From: a bacterium
GTDB taxonomy: Bacteria; SAR324; NAC60-12
Length of the DNA: 64,000 nt
Direction: 5' to 3'
NCBI GenBank assembly: GCA_965205865.1
Contig: CBDBHR010000030.1
Span: forward strand, 305,465-369,464
Shown: positions 32,761 through 42,775 of the stretch, in pieces
Numbering within the stretch: the stretch's first letter is position 1
Layout of the letters: the number at the start of each line of letters is the position of its first letter
Notes under the pieces: model-generated
What the model was told of the DNA's origin: nothing
Database searches by the model: none
Seen by the model: only the letters and a program-made list of their open reading frames with translations
Position numbers and translations under genes: made by a program

Positions 32761-33212
32761 GGAGTCAATTGCGTCAAAGCCATTTGGCATTTGGTCGTTT
32801 CATTCGGATTTTTCCTCGTCATCGCTTTATCCGTCAAGAGTGGAAAATCTCCGTTGCTCAATTGTGACAACATATTCATCACCTTCGTCCCTTGGCTGAT
32901 ACCATTGAGCGTTTAGCTCCAGCACTTTCCAGAGAAAGACCCAATGTAGAATATCCATGGAAATCTCCAGATAATCAACTCTATATCCTTGTCATTATGA
33001 ATTTAATGAAATACTGGAAGAACTAGAGAGTGTTCGAGGAAGGAATTTGCTAAAATTGATGAACAGGATCATTTCAGATGAGAAATGGTCTGTGGCTTTT
33101 GGAATAGGATAATAATATATTTCATTATAACTGTATTTCAGGAATTCTGAGATGAGGTGTCCCCATTGTGATTATGAGGAAGCTCAAGAAGTTTTCACAA
33201 CAAAAGCTCTTA

Positions 33213-33374
33213 TCCCTGAGCCCCTTGGATCAGGAGGCGCGAATATAGTCCTGCCGGAGAACCTCCAGCATCATGGTGCGCATCATCCGCACGGTGGCGG
33301 CCGCCGAGACCGTTCCTAGAATCACGCTGGGGATGAGGAACGCCGCGAGATTCCCCAGCGGGTCCACGGTGAAA
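33213..33374 (-). pseudogene. dppB internal fragment
   Basis: DPLGNLAAFLIPSVILG..RMMRTMMLEVLRQDYIR. Confidence 0.8.
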
Positions 33375-33498
33375 TTAGTGCTTTAAGATTCACTCCATCG
33401 GCACTAATTCTGCACGTTTCCAAACTAAACCAAATTAGAGTTGAGGAGAGTCCTCACCGTCATTCAGGAAAACCGAGAGGAATTTATCAGGAGATGGG

Positions 33499-33738
33499 AT
33501 GAAATTGTTACGCGGAACGAAAGTTGAACTCGATCAGAAATACCTCCATGTCACGCTAGCGGATGGGCGCATAATTTCGACGCCTCTTTCCTGGTATGAA
33601 GAACTGACTCATGCCACAGAAGACCAGCTCCATCACTATAAATTTCTTGGCAACGGATTGGTCATCGAGTGGCATGATTTGGATTTCCATCTGGATGTTC
33701 AAGAGATGAGTATGGAAATTCAAGAAAAAGCGGCCTGA
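33499..33738 (+). CDS. DUF2442-family antitoxin-like protein, preceded by a DUF4160-like 3' remnant
   Basis: LHVTLADGRIISTPLSWY..IEWHDLD; upstream ..IQENREEFIRRWDE. Confidence 0.75.
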   Translation: MKLLRGTKVELDQKYLHVTLADGRIISTPLSWYEELTHATEDQLHHYKFLGNGLVIEWHDLDFHLDVQEMSMEIQEKAA

Positions 33739-33899
33739 TTGGCAGAAGTAAGGATAGGCGTTTTTGACAAACTTCGGTAGCAGGGTATGCCATGCGGTGG
33801 TCCCCTCGTAGGCTTGGCGGAGCTGGCAAAGGAAGGGTCCCCTGGAGAGGGGCTCCGACTTACCCGGGCGGAGTGCCGCAATATAGGTTTCCTCTTCTT

Positions 33900-34449
33900 T
33901 CCTGGCTGCCAGAAAATAGTCATTCTCTTTAATGCCCACCACAGCGCCACGGATGACTCGGGAGCCGCCGACACCTCCGTCAACCCCCAGGACCACGATG
34001 ATCTGGAGGAGCCCTTGTCACACAATGGACATGATGGTTAACTAGAGCAGCAGCCCCTGGAAGGCCATCCAGGTATCGACAAAGCGCTGCACCGCCAGGT
34101 CCACTTTCCCTCCAAGGTATCCGGAAGTGCCGCCGATCAGGACCGCGATGAGTACGTTGAGCGCCGTCGCAGCCAAACCGACGGATAAGGAAATACGAGC
34201 TCCGTAGAGCAGGCGGTTAAATAAGTCCCCTCCCAAGTGGTTGGTCCCCAACAGATATTGGACGGATGGGGCTTGCAGTATGTCGGCCAGGTGCATTTCC
34301 CGATAGGGATAAGGCGCCAGAACATCGGCAAAAAGCGCCACCACAATAAAGAGCAAGACGATCATCCCGCAGGCCTTCCCCAGGGGCTTCTCCCGCCACA
34401 GCCGGATGAAGAAATCCGCAAACCGGCCCCGTCGCTTGGATTCACTCAT
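33900..34449 (-). pseudogene. dppC 5' half with internal stop
   Basis: EKPLGK..GARISL..VQRFVD; GIKENDYFLAAR. Confidence 0.85.
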
Positions 34450-34945
34450 ACCGTACTCTCGGGTCCAGATAGGGAAAAATCAGGTCGATGAGGAGATTGA
34501 GCAGCGCTACCCCGGTGGCGAAAAACAGATTGATTCCGGAGACCATCAGGTAGTCTCGCTCATTGAGGGCATTCACCAGGAAACGACCGAGCTCCGGCAG
34601 GTTGAAGATGTTCTCCATGATCACCGCGCCCCCGACCAGGATAGGCAACTGCAGGCCGATCGGAGCACCACCGGGATGATGGCATTTTTGAGGGTGTGCC
34701 GGATAATCACGACCCGCTCCCTGTGTCTTTTGGACCAGGCGGTTCGGATATAATCCTGCCGGATCACCTCCAGCATCATGGTCCGGGTCAAGCACATAGT
34801 CGTCTCCGAGACCCACATGCCCAAAATTATGGCGGGAATGGCGAACATTTGAAGGTTCCCCAGGGGGGCATCGGTAAATCGAATCAGTTCCATTGAAGGT
34901 GATCACTACCACCAGACGGAGGGGTAAATGATGACGACAGTCCCG
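34442..34945 (-). pseudogene. dppB 3' half, frameshifted
   Basis: QDYIRTAWSK and LQLPILVGG..LDPRVRYE in different frames. Confidence 0.85.
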
Positions 34946-35156
34946 ATGAACTTTGTCATTCTCTGCCCAATAAGCTAAATGAGGTCCTTTGCTTGACGAA
35001 AAGTTAATCATAAACTGTTACGTGTCCCCAGTTTTCACTTACCTCAGTTAAAAATTGAAATAAATCTGGTCCGTTGAAGTTCGTTGAGCAACTTGTCTCT
35101 CTGCCAAATCTTTGCTACACTTTTATTCAGTGGAATGACTCATCCTGAGAAGAAAG

Positions 35157-35411
35157 ATGGAATCAAAAATGACGATTGAATATCCGGCAAATTTGCCTGA
35201 TATTTTGCAAGCCACTCGTTTGCAGTTTGAGCAGGAAGCACGAATGGCGATGGCTGTGAAACTGTTTGAAATGAAGCGCATCTCTTCAGGAATAGCGGCT
35301 GCTTTGGCTGGGATGGATCGTGTTTCATTTTTACTCCAGTTGCACCGATATGGAACCACAATGATCGATTTAGAAGAAGAAGAGTTGATCTCGGATATGG
35401 AAAATGCCTGA
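35157..35411 (+). CDS. UPF0175-family antitoxin
   Basis: AVKLFEMKRISSGIAAALAGMDRVSFL. Confidence 0.85.
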   Translation: MESKMTIEYPANLPDILQATRLQFEQEARMAMAVKLFEMKRISSGIAAALAGMDRVSFLLQLHRYGTTMIDLEEEELISDMENA

Positions 35412-35904
35412 AGCTGCTAAAATTGTCGTCAATACGGGTCCGATTTTGGCGCTTGTCGCAGCATTAGGTGATTTGAAAGTGTTACGCGCTCTCTACCAAG
35501 AGGTTTGGGTTCCTTTTGAAGTCTGCCAGGAAATAGAAGCAGGAGGTTCTCCAGGTTTTGCAGTCGAGGCATTTTTAGCAGAGCGCTGGTTCACCAAAAC
35601 TTCCACCTCCCTTGAAATACCTTCTTTACTCCTCAATTCTCTGGATCGTGGAGAGGCTTCCGTTATTCAACTGGCCCTGGAAAAAGAGATTCCCACAGTC
35701 TGTATTGATGAAGCAGCGGGTAGGCGTGTTGCCCGGTTAAGCGGATTAAACCTCACAGGATCAATCGGAATTTTACTACGCGCTCATCACGAAGTGTACC
35801 CATTTTCCATAGAAGACGCCATTCAAGGCATGCAGGATAAAGGAGTTTGGCTCAGCCAGAGCATCATTGATTTCGTGCTGACTCAAATACAAGAAAATCA
35901 CTAG
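35404..35904 (+). CDS. DUF3368/PIN-domain toxin
   Basis: VVNTGP, LDRGEASVI, IDEAAGRRVA, GSIGIL. Confidence 0.85.
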   Translation: MPEAAKIVVNTGPILALVAALGDLKVLRALYQEVWVPFEVCQEIEAGGSPGFAVEAFLAERWFTKTSTSLEIPSLLLNSLDRGEASVIQLALEKEIPTVCIDEAAGRRVARLSGLNLTGSIGILLRAHHEVYPFSIEDAIQGMQDKGVWLSQSIIDFVLTQIQENH

Positions 35905-36000
35905 CGTATGCGAATCAAAACCAATTATGGTTGAAGTTCAAGAGCATGCGCAATGACTTCTGTTTCACCACAATCAAAGGTTGAATCATTTTGTTAAGGT

Positions 36001-36210
36001 AGAAGGAAGAAGACAGGAGACCACTAAAGCAGTCCCCCATCCCGGAGAATATTATGTTACAAAAATTGGCGGGTGTTTTGAAGGCGCCGCCCGCTGGTCT
36101 TGAGGAAAAGTGAGCTTGAATGACCCCAATATTGGATCGCACTATTGCAGGAAAGGAAGAACAGTGGTAAACTGCAAATAGTTATTTCAAATTGAGGAAA
36201 AAAGGAAGTT
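36001..36210 (+). repeat. element X, copy B
   Basis: Visual alignment with copy A. Confidence 0.85.
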
Positions 36211-36768
36211 ATGAGAAGATTTTGGATCACTTTGTTTCTGGGAGCAATGAGCTTTTTGCTGAGCCATGTAGTGGTTTATGGGCAACAAACGCTCGGATTT
36301 ACCCAGGATGATCGAGAGCGTATCATTCGGCTGGAAACCACCTTAACGCTCTTTATGGAAGCTACTGATAAGCGGTTTATCGAATTACGGGAAGATATGA
36401 ACAACCGCTCGAAGCAGGTTGACAAGCGCTTTGTCGAATTACGAGAAGACATGAACAAGCGCTTTGAACAAATGATGAATACCTTACAACTGATTGCCGG
36501 CATTTTTACCGTCCTGACTCTGGGTGTCATCGGATTTGCTTATTGGGACCGACGCACCATCATTCGCAAAGCCAAAGAAGAGACTCTGGAAACGCTGGCA
36601 GGGGAGGCCGCCCCTAAAGAACAAGCGACAATCGACCAGGCTGTGGCGCAAGCGGTGCAGGAAATCAAAAAAGACCAGCGTCTGCCAGACTTGCTCTCGG
36701 CTTTACGAAAACTGGCCGCCACCGACCCGCCTCTGGCGAACGTGCTCAAAGAATTTCATTTATTGTAG
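36211..36768 (+). CDS. membrane-anchored coiled-coil repeat protein, copy 2
   Basis: Paralog of 31558-32232 with fewer repeats. Confidence 0.8.
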   Translation: MRRFWITLFLGAMSFLLSHVVVYGQQTLGFTQDDRERIIRLETTLTLFMEATDKRFIELREDMNNRSKQVDKRFVELREDMNKRFEQMMNTLQLIAGIFTVLTLGVIGFAYWDRRTIIRKAKEETLETLAGEAAPKEQATIDQAVAQAVQEIKKDQRLPDLLSALRKLAATDPPLANVLKEFHLL

Positions 36769-36826
36769 CTTCAATCACGCTCCTCACTACTTAGAGGGAG
36801 GGGAAGCGCTTATCCGGAAAACCCCT

Positions 36827-37228
36827 TTATTCATACCGCACTCTCGGGTCCAAATAGGGATAAATCAGGTCGATCATGAGATTGAGCAGCACCACCGCGG
36901 TGGCGAAAAAGAGGTTGACTCCGGAGACCATCGGGTAGTCTCGGTCATTGAGAGCACTCAGCAAGAGACGGCCGAGGCCCGGCAGGTTGAAGATGTTCTC
37001 CATGATCACGGCGCCTCCCACCAGGATCGGCAACTGCAGGCCGCAGAGAAGCTGGGCGGGCGCAGCGCGGCCAATAAGCCCAGCTGAACGCGTCACCACC
37101 GGGATGAGAGCATTTTTGTGGGTGTGCCGGATCACCACGGCCCGCTCCTTGAGCCCCTTACCAGGCGGTGCGGATATAGTCCTGTCTTAAGACCTCCAGC
37201 ATCATGGTGCGCATCATTCGCAGGGTGA
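36827..37228 (-). pseudogene. dppB 3' fragment with hairpin insertion
   Basis: RMMRTMMLEVLRQDYIRTAW..LDPRVRYE. Confidence 0.85.
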
Positions 37229-37304
37229 CTTTACATTCCATGTTCTGGTTCCTTCATAGCAATTTCTTATGATAAAGACCGAAGCTCAATTAAGGGAAGA
37301 AAAG

Positions 37305-37700
37305 TTAGGCAGCTAGGGTTTTTACATGAGAGTATTCCAATATATTTTGATCGACTGTCATTAAAGGATAATCATAAACTCTCGCAGTGGCCACTATGAT
37401 CTGATCGGCTGGGTCCCGATGGAAATCTCCGGGAAGTTGGGTGGATTCTACCACAATCCGTGGCGTGAGTTCTATCGAATGGACACATGGATAGACCAAG
37501 GCTATATTTAACCACTCTTCGAGGGGATCTGACAAATGCAACCGGCCATATTTTACCAGTCTGGCAACCTCCCAACACGAGATTGTGCTGATGGCCAGAC
37601 CTTCTTCGGCTTGTTCACCCAGCCATTTGAGTTTTTCCGGGCTCAGCCGATCACTGCCATGAACCCACCAGACCCAGATATGGGTATCCAGAAGAATCAT
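37305..37700 (-). CDS. VapC-family PIN toxin
   Basis: LLDTHIWVWW, ISCWEVA, HRDPADQIIVATA. Confidence 0.9.
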   Translation of the reverse strand: MILLDTHIWVWWVHGSDRLSPEKLKWLGEQAEEGLAISTISCWEVARLVKYGRLHLSDPLEEWLNIALVYPCVHSIELTPRIVVESTQLPGDFHRDPADQIIVATARVYDYPLMTVDQNILEYSHVKTLAA

Positions 37701-37912
37701 TTCAGCGCCTCCCAGTCTTCCAAAGCAACGGGAGCGGTAGGATCTTCGTAGGAGAAAGGTTTCCCACGTAAAGGATAGCGTGGAGCGGGCTGAGGTTTGG
37801 GAATAGTTTTGAGCACAATGACTTCCACCATTTCTCCTGCTTGAAAGGGTAGATGATTTAGCACCAAAGTGCCATCTTCGGAGAGAGTGGTTTCAATACG
37901 ATGGGCTTGCAT
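37697..37912 (-). CDS. cognate antitoxin
   Basis: DGTLVLNHLPFQAGEMVEVIV..YEDPTAPV..DWEA; overlaps the toxin start. Confidence 0.75.
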   Translation of the reverse strand: MQAHRIETTLSEDGTLVLNHLPFQAGEMVEVIVLKTIPKPQPAPRYPLRGKPFSYEDPTAPVALEDWEALK

Positions 37913-38069
37913 GTTTGCCTTTCCTGAAAATGCAGTTTTTTTTCCAATGCATGGTCTTATTTTGGATTTGTTCAATCGCTTTTATTTTTATACAGCATTC
38001 CCTTGAATTTCTACAGAAAAAAATTTTACATCAGCTCCCCTGTAACGCTCTGATAGGGAATCCAATTGA

Positions 38070-38270
38070 GTAGCACGAAAGGCAGAAGACAGGGGACCCC
38101 TAAAGCAGTCCCCTATCCTGGAGGTAAGTCTGTTATAAAAAAATGGCGGGTGTTATGTAGGCACCCCCCGCTGGCCTTGAGGAAAAGTGAGTTTGAATGA
38201 CCCCCATATTGGATCACACGATTGCATGAAAGGAAAAACAGTGGTAAACCAAGCCGTTATTTCAAATTTC
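38070..38270 (+). repeat. element X, copy C
   Basis: Visual alignment; precedes a TA pair rather than a coiled-coil gene. Confidence 0.8.
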
Positions 38271-38405
38271 CCATCAAGAGATTAACCATCGGACTCACTG
38301 AATAAGGATGGGCGCTCAGTTGGGATGTGTAGGGATCACACACTGAAAAATTCCTCTTCTCTTCCCAATCATTATGGCTCAATGAACCTTAGAAAAAAAA
38401 GCAGC

Positions 38406-38651
38406 ATGAACACAGCAGCAACCCAGAAAGTAGAACTCCATCAAGCAATCAATCGCATCCCTGAGAATAAGCTGGAAGCCGCAAAAGTCTACTTGCATTC
38501 GCTGGCCCAAGAAGGGGCAAGCAACGAAGCTAAAAAAGGGAGCTTAGAAGGGATATGGGAAGGGACAGGACTTGAAAACCTCGACTTTGAAGCTGAATTG
38601 AAAAAACTGAGAAAAGAAATGAGTGAGGCGATCTTATCCAGGAAATTTTAA
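38406..38651 (+). CDS. putative antitoxin
   Basis: INRIPENKL..SLEGIWEG; coupled to the PIN gene. Confidence 0.65.
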   Translation: MNTAATQKVELHQAINRIPENKLEAAKVYLHSLAQEGASNEAKKGSLEGIWEGTGLENLDFEAELKKLRKEMSEAILSRKF

Positions 38652-39034
38652 TGAAATACCTTGTAGATACCGTTGCCCTAAATCGTCATTTCACGAGAAA
38701 TAAAAATATCGGGAAACAAGCCCGTGAGATCCTTTCCAATCCTGACGAAAACGTGTTTTATATCTCCATTGTGAGCCTCATGGAGATTTTGTATTTATCA
38801 GAAAAAAACAGGATAGATATTTCATTGAAAGAAACACTAAGACGGATCAATGCCAAAGAAAGCTATCAGATTGTCGAACTTGATGCAGAAATTCTCCAAG
38901 TAGCCGAAACTGTCCCATTTCCTGAGCTTCATGACCGATTAATACTTGCGACGGCAAAATGGCTTGAGGTTCCCATCATTTCAAGTGATAAGGATTTCCA
39001 AAATGTTGAAGGTATCACGACCATTTGGAAATAA
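38651..39034 (+). CDS. VapC-family PIN toxin
   Basis: YLVDT, SIVSLMEILYL, ELHDRLILATA, SSD. Confidence 0.88.
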   Translation: MKYLVDTVALNRHFTRNKNIGKQAREILSNPDENVFYISIVSLMEILYLSEKNRIDISLKETLRRINAKESYQIVELDAEILQVAETVPFPELHDRLILATAKWLEVPIISSDKDFQNVEGITTIWK

Positions 39035-39229
39035 TCCATCTTATCCTGTTTTGCTCTCCAATGTTCTCATTTCAAGTACCCTTCCCAGGAACAAGAAAGG
39101 CAACGGTTTTCCCAGGAGAGCCTTTCGTAGCACGGAAGGCAGAAGACGGGGGACCACCGCAGTAGTCCCCTATCCTGGAGGTAAAGCAGTGGAAACTCTG
39201 GAATTGTGAGAACAACCCCTTTTGCGTGC

Positions 39230-39533
39230 TTACCCATTGAAAGGATTGATCAGTCTGGCCAGGAGGCTTCTTTTGCGTTTCCCCGTGGTGCCGTAACTAC
39301 CCTCACCTCCGCGCAGTCTGGGATCGAGCAGGTCTTCCATCGCGTCACCGAACATGTTGAGGGAATAGACGGTAATCGTCAGGAAAAGCCCCGGCCAGAG
39401 CGCCAGCCAAGGGGCCGCCTCCATGTACTGACGCCCTTCGCGGCTGAGCAGTCCCCCCCAACTGGGAATCTCGACGGGCAGCCCGAATCCGAGGAAGCTC
39501 AGCGAAGCCTCGGCAATGATGACGCCGCCAATT
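39230..39533 (-). pseudogene. dppC 3' fragment
   Basis: [30 protein letters not shown]. Confidence 0.85.
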
Positions 39534-39641
39534 TCGGGCAGAAGCGTGGGAACGCTTAAGGCTCTTGCCTTTCCTCATCCGTTTCGATATTTTTCCATAT
39601 ATTATTCTATATTGGAAGTTTTCCTGAAACTGGAAGACAGT

Positions 39642-40184
39642 ATGGATAAAAAAAGTAGCGTTCCCATTCAACAGCACATCCACTTGATCCGAGGAAAGGA
39701 GGTGATTATCGATTCAGATTTAGCGGAACTCTATGGCGTACCAACAAAGCGGCTCAATGAACAAGTTAAGCGTAACATAGAACGTTTTCCAGAGGACTTT
39801 ATGTTTCAGATGACGAAAGAGGAGCTAGCTTATTGGAGGTCGCAAATTGCGACCTCCAATCCATCCAAAGCCAAAATGGGTCTACGCAGAAAACCCCACG
39901 TATTTACAGAACAGGGAGTGGCAATGTTATCCAGTGTGCTGAACAGCCCGATAGCAGTCCAGGTTAATATCCAGATCATGCGTGCTTTTGTCCAATTCCG
40001 CAGGATGCTGGCCTCTAATCAAGAACTTCTTGCCAAAATTACGGCAATGGAGGCAAAGTATGATGAGCAGTTCAAGATGATCTTTGAAGCGATCCGCTCC
40101 ATGATCGAACAAAAAACTACAAAACGACAAATAGGATTTGCAGTTCCTTCTAATAACCAAGGAATAATATCAAATGGAGGATAA
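39642..40184 (+). CDS. ORF6N (KilA-N-like) DNA-binding protein
   Basis: [38 protein letters not shown]. Confidence 0.9.
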   Translation: MDKKSSVPIQQHIHLIRGKEVIIDSDLAELYGVPTKRLNEQVKRNIERFPEDFMFQMTKEELAYWRSQIATSNPSKAKMGLRRKPHVFTEQGVAMLSSVLNSPIAVQVNIQIMRAFVQFRRMLASNQELLAKITAMEAKYDEQFKMIFEAIRSMIEQKTTKRQIGFAVPSNNQGIISNGG

Positions 40185-40249
40185 TTTGCCTGTACCTTTT
40201 CTTATATTACATAAAATGGTGGGTGTTTGGAAGGCACCGTCCGCTGGCC

Positions 40250-40576
40250 TTATTCGTACCGCACCCGCGGGTCCAGATAGGGATAAATCAGGTCGATGAG
40301 GAGATTGAGCAGCACCACCCCGCTGGCGAAAAACAGGTTGACTCCGGAGACCATCGGGTAGTCTCTCTCATTGAGGGCATTCACCAAGAGACGACCTATC
40401 CCCGGCAGGTTGAAGATGTTCTCCATGATCACGGCGCCCCCGACCAGGATCGGCAACTGCAGGCCGCAGAGAGGCTAGGCGGCCGCAGCGCGGCCAATAA
40501 GCCCAGCTGAACGCGTGACCACCGGGATGAGGGCATTTTTGAGGGTGTGCCGGATCACCACGATCCGCTCCTTCAT
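40250..40576 (-). pseudogene. dppB 3' fragment; hairpin insertion carries a stop
   Basis: Near-duplicate of 30815-31142. Confidence 0.85.
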
Positions 40577-40800
40577 TTCAATCGAGAAAATAAAAGACAA
40601 TTTAATATTTGACCCCATTCTAATATTTGACCCCTTTCCGCCACTCGGTCCTGACCACCTCTTCTTTTTGAAGCTCAAAAGGACACTTTCAGAGACACCG
40701 TAAGAGGGCGAGAGCAAAATCTATGAGGAGCAACTATTTCTCATGGCACTTGCCCCCTTTGAAGATTACACAATAGCAAAGATAAGACGTGGTTTCATGA

Positions 40801-41014
40801 CACGGAAGGAAGCAAACAGGGGACCACCGCAGTAGTCCCCCATCCTAGAGGACATTATGTTACAAAAAATGGCGGGTGTTTGGAAAGCACCGCCTGCTGG
40901 CCTTGAGGAAAAGGGAGCTTGAATGACCCCCATATTGGATCGCACTATTGCAGGAAAGGAAGAACAGTGGTAAACTGCAAATAGTTATTTCAAATTGAGG
41001 AAAAAAAGGAGGTT
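40801..41014 (+). repeat. element X, copy F
   Basis: Visual alignment. Confidence 0.85.
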
Positions 41015-41626
41015 ATGAGAAGATTTTGGATCACTTTGTTTCTGGGAGCAATGAGCTTTTTGCTGAGCCATGTAGTGGTTTATGGGCAACAAATGCTCGG
41101 ATTTACCCAGGATGATCGAGAGCGTATCATTCGGCTGGAAACCACCTTAACGCTCTTTATGGAAGCTACTGATAAGCGGTTTATCGAATTACGGGAAGAT
41201 ATGAACAACCGCTTTGAACAGGTAGATCAGCGGTTTATCGAATTACGGGAAGATATGAACAACCGCTCGAAGCAGGTTGACAAGCGCTTTGTCGAATTAC
41301 GAGAAGATATGAACAACCGCTTTGAACAGATGATGAATACCTTGCAACTGATTGCCGGCATTTTTACCGTCCTGACTCTGGGTGTCATCGGATTTGCTTA
41401 TTGGGACCGACGCACCATCATTCGCAAAGCCAAAGAAGAGACTCTGGAAACGCTGGCAGGGGAGGCCGCCCCTAAAGAACAAGCGACAATCGACCGGGCT
41501 GTGGCGCAAGCGGTGCAGGAAATCAAAAAAGACCAGCGTCTGCCAGACTTGCTCTCGGCTTTACGAAAACTGGCCGCCAACGACCCGCCTCTGGCGAACG
41601 TGCTCAAAGAATTTCATTTATTGTAG
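41015..41626 (+). CDS. membrane-anchored coiled-coil repeat protein, copy 3
   Basis: Nearly identical to copy 2 plus one 18-aa repeat unit. Confidence 0.8.
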   Translation: MRRFWITLFLGAMSFLLSHVVVYGQQMLGFTQDDRERIIRLETTLTLFMEATDKRFIELREDMNNRFEQVDQRFIELREDMNNRSKQVDKRFVELREDMNNRFEQMMNTLQLIAGIFTVLTLGVIGFAYWDRRTIIRKAKEETLETLAGEAAPKEQATIDRAVAQAVQEIKKDQRLPDLLSALRKLAANDPPLANVLKEFHLL

Positions 41627-41683
41627 CTTCAATCACGCTCCTCACTACTAGAGGGAGGGGAATCGCTTATCCGGAAAACCCCT

Positions 41684-42646
41684 TCACTCATACCGCACTC
41701 TCGGGTCCAGATAGGGATAAATCAGGTCGATGAGGAGATTGAGCAGCACCACCCCGCTGGCGAAAAACAGGTTGACTCCGGAGACCATCGGGTAGTCTCG
41801 GTCATTGAGGGCATTCACCAAGAGACGCCCGATCCCTGGCAGGTTGAAGATGTTCTCCATGATCACCGCGCCCCCGACCAGGATCGGCAACTGCAGGCCG
41901 ATCAGGGTGATAACCGGGATGAGGGCATTTTTGATGGTGTGCCGGATAATCACTACCCGCTCCCTGAGTCCCTTGGACCAGGCGGTCCGGATATAGTCCT
42001 GCCGGAGCACCTCCAGCATCATGGTGCGCATCATCCGCATGGTGGCGGCAGAGGAGGCCGTTCCCAGAATCAGGCTGGGAATGAGGAACACCGCCAGATT
42101 CCCCAGCGGGTCTTCGGTGAAAGAAACCAGCTCCAGCGGCGGCGCCCAACCCCACCAGATGGCCGGGTAGATCATGACCATAATGCCCAGCCAGAAGTTC
42201 GGCGTGGCCAGGCCGATGACGGCGAGGGAGCGCCCCACGTAGTCGGCGGCCGTATCCTGGCGAATCGCCGAGTAGATGCCGATTGGCAGCGCGATCACGA
42301 GCCCGATGAGGATTGCCATCAAACCGAGCTCAATGGTGACCGGCAGTCTCTCTAATATCGCCTCCTCCACCGAGTTTCTCGTAAACAGGGATTCGCCAAG
42401 GCTGCCGTGCAGGAAAATATCTCCTATCCATCGTCCATACTGCACGTAAACAGGCACGTCCAATCCCAGCATACGCTCAAGAGCTTCACGGTCTACATCC
42501 CATTGCACATTGAACATTCCCATCCTGCCCACGATGACGTCTATGACATCGCCGGGGATGAAGCGCACCGAGAGGAAGACCAGGATGCTCAAGATAAACA
42601 GGGTGGGGATTATCAGCAATAACCGCCTGATGATATAGGCTCTCAT
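41684..42646 (-). CDS. dppB: ABC permease, DppB/OppB type (intact)
   Basis: MRAYIIRRLL start at 42646; complete motifs. Confidence 0.9.
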   Translation of the reverse strand: MRAYIIRRLLLIIPTLFILSILVFLSVRFIPGDVIDVIVGRMGMFNVQWDVDREALERMLGLDVPVYVQYGRWIGDIFLHGSLGESLFTRNSVEEAILERLPVTIELGLMAILIGLVIALPIGIYSAIRQDTAADYVGRSLAVIGLATPNFWLGIMVMIYPAIWWGWAPPLELVSFTEDPLGNLAVFLIPSLILGTASSAATMRMMRTMMLEVLRQDYIRTAWSKGLRERVVIIRHTIKNALIPVITLIGLQLPILVGGAVIMENIFNLPGIGRLLVNALNDRDYPMVSGVNLFFASGVVLLNLLIDLIYPYLDPRVRYE

Positions 42647-42775
42647 GTGACACACCTTATCAGTCGTTGGATGAGGACAGAATCTCCTCTTCGATGATTC
42701 AATGAGTAAAGGAGCCGGGAAGCTTGAGCCTCCCAGCTCCCTTTTCCCCGAGCTAAGCCACAAGGGATGAAACCC

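Noticed and set aside
30437-42646. Classical integron or CALIN
   Set aside because: No intI, no RYYYAAC..GTTRRRY sites found, and cargo lies on both strands.
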